Source: Auanema rhodensis (taxonomy: Eukaryota; Animalia; Nematoda). Taken from it: a DNA stretch of 64,000 nucleotides. Below are positions 11,401 through 24,668 of this stretch, one piece after another. The position numbers and the translations under genes are program-made. The stretch's first letter is position 1. Each line of letters begins with the position of its first letter. The stretch is from NCBI GenBank assembly GCA_964057225.1, contig OZ059896.1, positions 6,076,001 through 6,140,000 on the forward strand, in the 5' to 3' direction. Below the pieces are notes generated by a model. That model saw nothing but the letters and a program-made list of their open reading frames with translations. It made no database searches and had not been told where the DNA came from.

Positions 11401-13360
11401 TTGAAATTTACGTGTACTTTAATTTATGCTAATTAAATGTACACTTGATGTGCACCTGGTATGTAACTCGCTTCACGTGAAAGATAAAAAGATAAGGTTT
11501 TCAAAATTAGATTCCCCATGTCCATATTAGTCTAAAAACAAATTTTTTATTGATATTGGTGCATGGTAACCATGACTTTGAAATTTACGTGTACTTTAAT
11601 TTATGCTAATTAAATATAAACGTGATGTGCACTTGGTATGTAACTCGCTTCACGTGGAAAATAAAGAGATGCGGTTTTCAAAATTAGATTCCCCATGTCC
11701 ATATTAGTCTAAAAACAAATTTTTATTGATATTGGTGCATGGTAACCATGACTTTGAAAATTACGTGAACTTTAATTTATGCTAATTAAATGTACACTTG
11801 ATGTGCACCTGGTATGTAACTCGCTTCACGTGAAAGATAAAAAGATAAGGTTTTCAAAATTAGATTCCCCATGTCCATATTAGTCTAAAAACAAATTTTT
11901 TATTGATATTGGTGCATGGTAACCATGACTTTGAAATTTACGTGTACTTTAATTTATGCTAATTAAATGTACACGTGATGTGCACTCGGTATGTAACTCG
12001 CTTCACGTGAAAGATAAAGAGATGCGGTTTTCAAAATTAGATTCCCCATGTCCATATTAGTCTAAAAACAAATTTTTATTGATATTGGTTCATGGTAACC
12101 ATGACTTTGAAATTTACGTGTACTTTAATTTATGCTAATTAAATGTACACGTGATGTGCACTTGGTATGTAACTCGCTTCACGTGAAAGATAAAGAGATG
12201 CGGTTTTCAAAATTAGATTCCCCATGTCCATATTAGTCTAAAAACAAATTTTTATTGATATTGGTTCATGGTAACCATGACTTTGAAATTTACGTGTACT
12301 TTAATTTATGCTAATTAAATGTACACTTGATGTGCACCTGGTATGTACCTCGCTTCACGTGAAAGATAAAAAGATAAGGTTTTCAAAATTAGATTCCCCA
12401 TGTCCATATTAGTCTAAAAACAAATTTTTTATTGATATTGGTGCATGGTAACCATGACTTTGAAATTTACGTGTACTTTAATTTATGCTAATTAAATATA
12501 AACGTGATGTGCACTTGGTATGTAACTCGCTTCACGTGGAAAATAAAGAGATGCGGTTTTCAAAATTAGATTCCCCATGTCCATATTAGTCTAAAAACAA
12601 ATTTTTATTGATATTGGTGCATGGTAACCATGACTTTGAAATTTACGTGAACTTTAATTTATGCTAATTAAATGTACACTTGATGTGCACCTGGTATGTA
12701 ACTCGCTTCACGTGAAAGATAAAAAGATAAGGTTTTTAAAATTAGATTCCCCATGTCCATATTAGTCTAAAAACAAATTTTTTATTGATATTGGTGCATG
12801 GTAACCATGACTTTGAAATTTACGTGTACTTTAATTTATGCTAATTAAATGTACACGTGATGTGCACTCGGTATGTAACTCGCTTCACGTGAAAGATAAA
12901 GAGATGCGGTTTTCAAAATTAGATTCCCCATGTCCATATTAGTCTAAAAACAAATTTTTATTGATATTGGTTCATGGTAACCATGACTTTGAAATTTACG
13001 TGTACTTTAATTTATGCTAATTAAATGTACACGTGATGTGCACTTGGTATGTAACTCGCTTCACGTGAAAGATAAAGAGATGCGGTTTTCAAAATTAGAT
13101 TCCTCATGTCCATATTAGTCTAAAAACAAATTTTTATTGATATTGGTTCATGGTAACCATGACTTTGAAATTTACGTGTACTTTAATTTATGCTAATTAA
13201 ATGTACACGTGATGTGCACTTGGTATGTAACTCGCTTCACGTGAAAGATAAAGAGATGCGGTTTTCAAAATTAGATTCCCCATTTCCATATTAGTCTAAA
13301 AACAAATTTTTATTGATATTGGTGCATGGTAACCATGACTTTGAAATTTACGTGAACTTT

Positions 13361-15826
13361 AATTTATGCTAATTAAATATACACGTGATGTGCACTTGAT
13401 ATGTAACTCGCTTCACGTGAAAGATAAAGAGATGCGGTTTTCAAAATTAGATTCCCCATGTCCATATTAGTCTAAAAACAAATTTTTATTGATATTGGTG
13501 CATGGTAACCATGACTTTGAAATTTACGTGAACTTTAATTTATGCTAATTAAATGTACACGTGATGTGCACTTGGTATGTAACTCGCTTCACGTGAAAGA
13601 TAAAGAGATGCGGTTTTCAAAATTAGATTCCACATGTCCATATTAGTCTAAAAACGAATTTTTATTCATATTGGTGCTTGGTAACCATGACTTTGAAATT
13701 TACGTGAACTTTAATTTATGCTAATTAAATATAAACGTGATGTGCACTTGGTATGTAACTCGCTTCACGTGAAAGATGAAGAGATGCGGTTTTCAAAATT
13801 AGATTCCCCATGTCCATATTAGTCTAAAAACAAATTTTTTATTGATATTGGTGCATGGTAACCATGACTTTGAAATTTACGTGTACTTTAATTTATGCTA
13901 ATTAAATGTACACGTGATGTGCACTCGGTATGTAACTCGCTTCACGTGAAAGATAAAGAGATGCGGTTTTCAAAATTAGATTCCCCATGTCCATATTAGT
14001 CTAAAAACAAATTTTTATTGATATTGGTTCATGGTAACCATGACTTTGAAATTTACGTGAACTTTAATTTATGCTAATTAAATGTACACGTGATGTGCAC
14101 TTGGTATGTAACTCGCTTCACGTGAAAGATAAAGAGATGCGGTTTTCAAAATTAGATTCCCCATTTCCATATTAGTCTAAAACCAAATTTTTATTGATAT
14201 TGGTGCATGGTAACCATGACTTTGAAATTTACGTGTACTTTAATTTATGCTAATTAAATGTACACGTGATGTGCACTCGGTATGTAACTCGCTTCACGTG
14301 AAAGATAAAGAGATGCGGTTTTCAAAATTAGATTCCCCATGTCCATATTAGTCTAAAAACAAATTTTTATTGATATTGGTTCATGGTAACCATGACTTTG
14401 AAATTTACGTGTACTTTAATTTATGCTAATTAAATGTACACGTGATGTGCACTCGGTATGTAACTCGCTTCACGTGAAAGATAAAGAGATGCGGTTTTCA
14501 AAATTAGATTCCCCATGTCCATATTAGTCTAAAAACAAATTTGTATTGATATTGGTTCATGGTAACCATGACTTTGAAATTTACGTGAACTTTAATTTAT
14601 GCTAATTAAATATACACGTGATGTGCACTTGATATGTAACTCGCTTCACGTGAAAGATAAAGAGATGCGGTTTTCAAAATTAGATTCCCCATGTCCATAT
14701 TAGTCTAAAAACAAATTTTTATTGATATTGGTGCATGGTAACCATGACTTTGAAATTTACGTGAACTTTAATTTATGCTAATTAAATGTACACGTGATGT
14801 GCACTTGGTATGTAACTCGCTTCACGTGAAAGATAAAGAGATGCGGTTTTCAAAATTAGATTCCCCATGTCCATATTAGTCTAAAAACGAATTTTTATTC
14901 ATATTGGTGCTTGGTAACCATGACTTTGAAATTTACGTGAACTTTAATTTATGCTAATTAAATATAAACGTGATGTGCACTTGGTATGTAACTCGCTTCA
15001 CGTGAAAGATGAAGAGATGCGGTTTTCAAAATTAGATTCCCCATGTCCATATTAGTCTAAAAACAAATTTTTTATTGATATTGGTGCATGGTAACCATGA
15101 CTTTGAAATTTACGTGTACTTTAATTTATGCTAATTAAATGTACACGTGATGTGCACTCGGTATGTAACTCGCTTCACGTGAAAGATAAAGAGATGCGGT
15201 TTTCAAAATTAGATTCCCCATGTCCATATTAGTCTAAAAACAAATTTTTATTGATATTGGTTCATGGTAACCATGACTTTGAAATTTACGTGAACTTTAA
15301 TTTATGCTAATTAAATGTACACGTGATGTGCACTTGGTATGTAACTCGCTTCACGTGAAAGATAAAGAGATGCGGTTTTCAAAATTAGATTCCCCATTTC
15401 CATATTAGTCTAAAACCAAATTTTTATTGATATTGGTGCATGGTAACCATGACTTTGAAATTTACGTGTACTTTAATTTATGCTAATTAAATGTACACGT
15501 GATGTGCACTCGGTATGTAACTCGCTTCACGTGAAAGATAAAGAGATGCGGTTTTCAAAATTAGATTCCCCATGTCCATATTAGTCTAAAAACAAATTTT
15601 TATTGATATTGGTTCATGGTAACCATGACTTTGAAATTTACGTGTACTTTAATTTATGCTAATTAAATGTACACGTGATGTGCACTCGGTATGTAACTCG
15701 CTTCACGTGAAAGATAAAGAGATGCGGTTTTCAAAATTAGATTCCCCATGTCCATATTAGTCTAAAAACAAATTTGTATTGATATTGGTTCATGGTAACC
15801 ATGACTTTGAAATTTACGTGTACTTT
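13361..15826 (+). repeat. Tandem duplication of a 7-monomer block (1233 bp x2)
   Basis: AAAACGA 13656/14889, AAAACC ~14183/~15416 and TTTGTATT 14543/15776 all recur at +1233 (7x176+1). Confidence 0.92.
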
Positions 15827-18800
15827 AATTTATGCTAATTAAATGTACACGTGATGTGCACTTGGTATGTAACTCGCTTCACGTGAAAGATAAAGAGATG
15901 CGGTTTTCAAAATTAGATTCCCCATTTCCATATTAGTCTAAAAACAAATTTTAATTGATATTGGTGCATGGTAACCATGACTTTGAAATTTACGTGAACT
16001 TTAATTTATGCTAATTAAATGTACACGTGATGTGCACTTGGTATGTAACTCGCTTCACGTGAAAGATAAAGAGATGCGGTTTTCAAAACTAGATTCCCCA
16101 TTTCCATATTAGTCTAAAAACAAATTTTTATTCATATTGGTGCTTGGTAACCATGACTTTGAAATTTACGTGAACTTTAATTTATGCTAATTAAATATAA
16201 ACGTGATGTGCACTTGGTATGTAACTCGCTTCACGTGGAAAATAAAGAGATGCGGTTTTCAAAATTAGATTCCCCATGTCCATATTAGTCTAAAAACAAA
16301 TTTTTATTGATATTGCTGCATGGTAACCATGACTTTGAAATTTACGTGAACTTTAATTTATGCTAATTAAATGTACACGTGATGTGCACTTGGTATGTCA
16401 CTCGCTTCACGTGAAAGATGAAGAGATGCGGTTTTCAAAATTAGATTCCCCATGTCCATATTAATCTAAAAACAAATTTTTATTGATATTGGTGCATGGT
16501 AACCATGACTTTGCAATTTGCGTGAACTTTAATTTATGCTAATTAAATATACACGTGATGTGCACTTGGTATGTAACTCGCTTCACGTGAAAGATAAAGA
16601 GATGCGGTTTTCAAAACTAGATTCCCCATTTCCATATTAGTCTAAAAACAAATTTTTATTCATATTGGTGCTTGGTAACCATGACTTTGAAATTTACGTG
16701 AACTTTAATTTATGCTAATTAAATATAAACGTGATGTGCACTTGGTATGTAACTCGCTTCACGTGGAAAATAAAGAGATGCGGTTTTCAAAATTAGATTC
16801 CCCATGTCCATATTAGTCTAAAAACAAATTTTTATTGATATTGGTGCATGGTAACCATGACTTTGAAATTTACGTGAACTTTAATTTATGCTAATTAAAT
16901 GTACACGTGATGTGCACTTGGTATGTCACTCGCTTCACGTGAAAGATGAAGAGATGCGGTTTTCAAAATTAGATTCCCCATGTCCATATTAATCTAAAAA
17001 CAAATTTTTATTGATATTGGTGCATGGTAACCATGACTTTGAAATTTACGTGAACTTTAATTTATGCTAATTAAATGTACACGTGATGTGCACCTGGTAT
17101 GTAACTCGCTTCACGTGAAAGATAAAAAGATAAGGTTTTCAAAATTAAATTCCCCATGTCCATATTAGTCTAAAAACAAATTTTTATTCATATTGGTGCT
17201 TGGTAACCATGACTTTGAAATTTACGTGAACTTTAATTTATGCTAATTAAATATAAACGTGATGTGCACTTGGTATGTAACTCGCTTCACGTGGAAAATA
17301 AAGAGATGCGGTTTTCAAAATTAGATTCCCCATGTCCATATTAGTCTAAAAACAACTTTTATTGATATTGGTGCATGGTAACCATGACTTTGAAATTTAC
17401 GTGAACTTTAATTTATGCTAATTAAATATACACGTGATGTGCACTTGATATGTAACTCGCTTCACGTGAAAGATAAAGAGATGCGGTTTTCAAAATTAGA
17501 TTCCCCATGTCCATATTAGTCTAAAAACAAATTTTTATTGATATTGGTGCATGGTAACCATGACTTTGAAATTTACGTGAACTTTAATTTATGCTAATTA
17601 AATGTACACTTGATGTGCACCTGGTATGTAACTCGCTTCACGTGAAAGATAAAAAGATAAGGTTTTCAAAATTAGATTCCCCATGTCCATATTAGTTTTA
17701 AAAACAAATTTTTATTCATATTGGTGCTTGGTAACCATGACTTTGAAATTTACGTGAACTTTAATTTATGCTAATTAAATATAAACGTGATATGCACTTG
17801 GTATGTAACTCGCTTCACGTGGAAAATAAAGAGATGCGGTTTTCAAAATTAGATTCCCCATGTCCATATTAGTCTAAAAACAAATTTTTATTGATATTGG
17901 TGCATGGTAACCATGACTTTGAAATTTACGTGAACTTTAATTTATGCTAATTAAATGTACACGTGATGTGCACTTGGTATGTAACTCGCTTCACGTGAAA
18001 GATGAAGAGATGCGGTTTTCAAAATTAGATTCCCCATGTCCATATTAGTCTAAAAACAAATTTTTTATTGATATTGGTGCATGGTAACCATGACTTTGCA
18101 ATTTACGTGAACTTTAATTTATGCTAATTAAATGTACACTTGATGTGCACTTGATATGTAACTCGCTTCACGTGAAAGATAAAGAGATGCGGTTTTCAAA
18201 ACTAGATTCCCCATGTCCATATAAGTCTAAAAACAAATTTTTATTGATATTGGTGCTTGGTAACCATGACTTTGAAATTTACGTGAACTTTAATTTATGC
18301 TAATTAAATATAAACGTGATGTGCACTTGGTATGTAACTCGCTTCACGCGGAAAATAAAGAGATGCGGTTTTCAAAATTAGATTCCCCATGTCCATATTA
18401 GTCTAAAAACAAATTTTTATTGATATTGGTGCATGGTAACCATGACTTTGAAATTTACGTGAACTTTAATTTATGCTAATTAAATGTACACGTGATGTGC
18501 ACTTGGTATGTAACTCGCTTCACGTGAAAGATAAAAAGATGCGGTTTTCAAAATTAGATTCCCCATTTCCATATTAGTCTAAAAACAAATTTTTATTCAT
18601 ATTGGTGCTTGGTAACCATGACTTTGAAATTTACGTGAACTTTAATTTATGCTAATTAAATATAAACGTGATGTGCACTTGGTATGTAACTCGCTTCACG
18701 TGGAAAATAAAAAGATGCGGTTTTCAAAATTAGATTCCCCATGTCCATATTAGTCTAAAAACAAATTTTTATTGATATTGGTGCATGGTAACCATGACTT

Positions 18801-19373
18801 TGAAATTTACGTGAACTTTAATTTATGCTAATTAAATGTACACGTGATGTGCACTTGGTATGTAACTCGCTTCACGTGAAAGATAAAAAGATGCGGTTTT
18901 CAAAATTAGATTCCCCATTTCCATATTAGTCTAAAAACAAATTTTTATTGATATTGGTTCATGGTAACCATGACTTTGAAATTTACGTGTACTTTAATTT
19001 ATGCTAATTAAATATAAACGTGATATGCACTTGGTATGTAACTCGCTTCACGTGGAAAATAAAGAGATGCGGTTTTCAAAATTAGATTCCCCATGTCCAT
19101 ATTAGTCTAAAAACAAATTTTTATTGATATTGGTGCATGGTAACCATGACTTTGAAATTTACGTGAACTTTAATTTATGCTAATTAAATGTACACGTGAT
19201 GTGCACTTGGTATGTAACTCGCTTCACGTGAAAGATGAAGAGATGCGGTTTTCAAAATTAGATTCCCCATGTCCATATTAGTCTAAAAACAAATTTTTTA
19301 TTGATATTGGTGCATGGTAACCATGACTTTGCAATTTACGTGAACTTTAATTTATGCTAATTAAATGTACACT

Positions 19374-22300
19374 TGATGTGCACTTGATATGTAACTCGCT
19401 TCACGTGAAAGATAAAGAGATGCGGTTTTCAAAATTAGATTCCCCATGTCCATATTAGTCTAAAAACAAATTTTTATTGATATTGGTGCATGGTAACCAT
19501 GACTTTGAAATTTACGTGAACTTTAATTTATGCTAATTAAATGTACACTTGATGTGCACCTGGTATGTAACTCGCTTCACGTGAAAGATAAAAAGATAAG
19601 GTTTTCAAAATTAGATTCCCCATGTCCATATTAGTCTAAAAACAAATTTTTTATTGATATTGGTGCATGGTAACCATGACTTTGAAATTTACGTGTACTT
19701 TAATTTATGCTAATTAAATGTACACGTGATGTGCACTCGGTATGTAACTCGCTTCACGTGAAAGATAAAGAGATGCGGTTTTCAAAATTAGATTCCCCAT
19801 GTCCATATTAGTCTAAAAACAAATTTTTATTGATATTGGTTCATGGTAACCATGACTTTGAAATTTACGTGAACTTTAATTTATGCTAATTAAATGTACA
19901 CGTGATGTGCACTTGGTATGTAACTCGCTTCACGTGAAAGATAAAGAGATGCGGTTTTCAAAATTAGATTCCCCATTTCCATATTAGTCTAAAACCAAAT
20001 TTTTATTGATATTGGTGCATGGTAACCATGACTTTGAAATTTACGTGTACTTTAATTTATGCTAATTAAATGTACACGTGATGTGCACTCGGTATGTAAC
20101 TCGCTTCACGTGAAAGATAAAGAGATGCGGTTTTCAAAATTAGATTCCCCATGTCCATATTAGTCTAAAAACAAATTTTTATTGATATTGGTTCATGGTA
20201 ACCATGACTTTGAAATTTACGTGTACTTTAATTTATGCTAATTAAATGTACACGTGATGTGCACTCGGTATGTAACTCGCTTCACGTGAAAGATAAAGAG
20301 ATGCGGTTTTCAAAATTAGATTCCCCATGTCCATATTAGTCTAAAAACAAATTTGTATTGATATTGGTTCATGGTAACCATGACTTTGAAATTTACGTGT
20401 ACTTTAATTTATGCTAATTAAATGTACACGTGATGTGCACTTGGTATGTAACTCGCTTCACGTGAAAGATAAAGAGATGCGGTTTTCAAAATTAGATTCC
20501 CCATTTCCATATTAGTCTAAAAACAAATTTTAATTGATATTGGTGCATGGTAACCATGACTTTGAAATTTACGTGAACTTTAATTTATGCTAATTAAATG
20601 TACACGTGATGTGCACTTGATATGTAACTCGCTTCACGTGAAAGATGAAGAGATGCGGTTTTCAAAATTAGATTCCCCATGTCCATATTAATCTAAAAAC
20701 AAATTTTTATTGATATTGGTGCATGGTAACCATGACTTTGAAATTTACGTGAACTTTAATTTATGCTAATTAAATGTACACGTGATGTGCACTTGGTATG
20801 TAACTCGCTTCACGTGAAAGATAAAGAGATGCGGTTTTCAAAACTAGATTCCCCATTTCCATATTAGTCTAAAAACAAATTTTTATTCATATTGGTGCTT
20901 GGTAACCATGACTTTGAAATTTACGTGAACTTTAATTTATGCTAATTAAATATAAACGTGATGTGCACTTGGTATGTAACTCGCTTCACGTGGAAAATAA
21001 AGAGATGCGGTTTTCAAAATTAGATTCCCCATGTCCATATTAGTCTAAAAACAAATTTTTATTGATATTGGTGCATGGTAACCATGACTTTGAAATTTAC
21101 GTGAACTTTAATTTATGCTAATTAAATGTACACGTGATGTGCACTTGGTATGTCACTCGCTTCACGTGAAAGATGAAGAGATGCGGTTTTCAAAATTAGA
21201 TTCCCCATGTCCATATTAATCTAAAAACAAATTTTTATTGATATTGGTGCATGGTAACCATGACTTTGCAATTTGCGTGAACTTTAATTTATGCTAATTA
21301 AATATACACGTGATGTGCACTTGGTATGTAACTCGCTTCACGTGAAAGATAAAGAGATGCGGTTTTCAAAACTAGATTCCCCATTTCCATATTAGTCTAA
21401 AAACAAATTTTTATTCATATTGGTGCTTGGTAACCATGACTTTGAAATTTACGTGAACTTTAATTTATGCTAATTAAATATAAACGTGATGTGCACTTGG
21501 TATGTAACTCGCTTCACGTGGAAAATAAAGAGATGCGGTTTTCAAAATTAGATTCCCCATGTCCATATTAGTCTAAAAACAAATTTTTATTGATATTGGT
21601 GCATGGTAACCATGACTTTGAAATTTACGTGAACTTTAATTTATGCTAATTAAATGTACACGTGATGTGCACTTGGTATGTCACTCGCTTCACGTGAAAG
21701 ATGAAGAGATGCGGTTTTCAAAATTAGATTCCCCATGTCCATATTAATCTAAAAACAAATTTTTATTGATATTGGTGCATGGTAACCATGACTTTGAAAT
21801 TTACGTGAACTTTAATTTATGCTAATTAAATGTACACGTGATGTGCACCTGGTATGTAACTCGCTTCACGTGAAAGATAAAAAGATAAGGTTTTCAAAAT
21901 TAAATTCCCCATGTCCATATTAGTCTAAAAACAAATTTTTATTCATATTGGTGCTTGGTAACCATGACTTTGAAATTTACGTGAACTTTAATTTATGCTA
22001 ATTAAATATAAACGTGATGTGCACTTGATATGTAACTCGCTTCACGTGAAAGATAAAGAGATGCGGTTTTCAAAATTAGATTCCCCATGTCCATATTAGT
22101 CTAAAAACAAATTTTTATTGATATTGGTGCATGGTAACCATGACTTTGAAATTTACGTGAACTTTAATTTATGCTAATTAAATGTACACTTGATGTGCAC
22201 CTGGTATGTAACTCGCTTCACGTGAAAGATAAAAAGATAAGGTTTTCAAAATTAGATTCCCCATGTCCATATTAGTCTAAAAACAAATTTTTTATTGATA

Positions 22301-24668
22301 TTGGTGCATGGTAACCATGACTTTGAAATTTACGTGTACTTTAATTTATGCTAATTAAATGTACACGTGATGTGCACTCGGTATGTAACTCGCTTCACGT
22401 GAAAGATAAAGAGATGCGGTTTTCAAAATTAGATTCCCCATGTCCATATTAGTCTAAAAACAAATTTTTATTGATATTGGTTCATGGTAACCATGACTTT
22501 GAAATTTACGTGAACTTTAATTTATGCTAATTAAATGTACACGTGATGTGCACTTGGTATGTAACTCGCTTCACGTGAAAGATAAAGAGATGCGGTTTTC
22601 AAAATTAGATTCCCCATTTCCATATTAGTCTAAAACCAAATTTTTATTGATATTGGTGCATGGTAACCATGACTTTGAAATTTACGTGTACTTTAATTTA
22701 TGCTAATTAAATGTACACGTGATGTGCACTCGGTATGTAACTCGCTTCACGTGAAAGATAAAGAGATGCGGTTTTCAAAATTAGATTCCCCATGTCCATA
22801 TTAGTCTAAAAACAAATTTTTATTGATATTGGTTCATGGTAACCATGACTTTGAAATTTACGTGTACTTTAATTTATGCTAATTAAATGTACACGTGATG
22901 TGCACTCGGTATGTAACTCGCTTCACGTGAAAGATAAAGAGATGCGGTTTTCAAAATTAGATTCCCCATGTCCATATTAGTCTAAAAACAAATTTGTATT
23001 GATATTGGTTCATGGTAACCATGACTTTGAAATTTACGTGTACTTTAATTTATGCTAATTAAATGTACACGTGATGTGCACTTGGTATGTAACTCGCTTC
23101 ACGTGAAAGATAAAGAGATGCGGTTTTCAAAATTAGATTCCCCATTTCCATATTAGTCTAAAAACAAATTTTAATTGATATTGGTGCATGGTAACCATGA
23201 CTTTGAAATTTACGTGAACTTTAATTTATGCTAATTAAATGTACACGTGATGTGCACTTGATATGTAACTCGCTTCACGTGAAAGATGAAGAGATGCGGT
23301 TTTCAAAATTAGATTCCCCATGTCCATATTAATCTAAAAACAAATTTTTATTGATATTGGTGCATGGTAACCATGACTTTGAAATTTACGTGAACTTTAA
23401 TTTATGCTAATTAAATGTACACGTGATGTGCACTTGGTATGTAACTCGCTTCACGTGAAAGATAAAGAGATGCGGTTTTCAAAACTAGATTCCCCATTTC
23501 CATATTAGTCTAAAAACAAATTTTTATTCATATTGGTGCTTGGTAACCATGACTTTGAAATTTACGTGAACTTTAATTTATGCTAATTAAATATAAACGT
23601 GATGTGCACTTGGTATGTAACTCGCTTCACGTGGAAAATAAAGAGATGCGGTTTTCAAAATTAGATTCCCCATGTCCATATTAGTCTAAAAACAAATTTT
23701 TATTGATATTGGTGCATGGTAACCATGACTTTGAAATTTACGTGAACTTTAATTTATGCTAATTAAATGTACACGTGATGTGCACTTGGTATGTCACTCG
23801 CTTCACGTGAAAGATGAAGAGATGCGGTTTTCAAAATTAGATTCCCCATGTCCATATTAATCTAAAAACAAATTTTTATTGATATTGGTGCATGGTAACC
23901 ATGACTTTGCAATTTGCGTGAACTTTAATTTATGCTAATTAAATATACACGTGATGTGCACTTGGTATGTAACTCGCTTCACGTGAAAGATAAAGAGATG
24001 CGGTTTTCAAAACTAGATTCCCCATTTCCATATTAGTCTAAAAACAAATTTTTATTCATATTGGTGCTTGGTAACCATGACTTTGAAATTTACGTGAACT
24101 TTAATTTATGCTAATTAAATATAAACGTGATGTGCACTTGGTATGTAACTCGCTTCACGTGGAAAATAAAGAGATGCGGTTTTCAAAATTAGATTCCCCA
24201 TGTCCATATTAGTCTAAAAACAAATTTTTATTGATATTGGTGCATGGTAACCATGACTTTGAAATTTACGTGAACTTTAATTTATGCTAATTAAATGTAC
24301 ACGTGATGTGCACTTGGTATGTCACTCGCTTCACGTGAAAGATGAAGAGATGCGGTTTTCAAAATTAGATTCCCCATGTCCATATTAATCTAAAAACAAA
24401 TTTTTATTGATATTGGTGCATGGTAACCATGACTTTGAAATTTACGTGAACTTTAATTTATGCTAATTAAATGTACACGTGATGTGCACCTGGTATGTAA
24501 CTCGCTTCACGTGAAAGATAAAAAGATAAGGTTTTCAAAATTAAATTCCCCATGTCCATATTAGTCTAAAAACAAATTTTTATTCATATTGGTGCTTGGT
24601 AACCATGACTTTGAAATTTACGTGAACTTTAATTTATGCTAATTAAATATAAACGTGATGTGCACTTG
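19374..24668 (+). repeat. Tandem duplication of a 15-monomer block (2641 bp x2)
   Basis: AAAACC ~19995/~22636, TTTGTATT 20355/22996 and GCAATTTGC 21269/23910 recur at +2641; chimeric monomer at ~22015-22027. Confidence 0.92.

Noticed and set aside
18121-18303. 60-aa ORF MLIKCTLDV...
   Set aside because: It is a single satellite monomer in which the consensus TAG became AAG. 176 is not a multiple of 3, so the frame ends in the next monomer. No recognisable domain or gene context.
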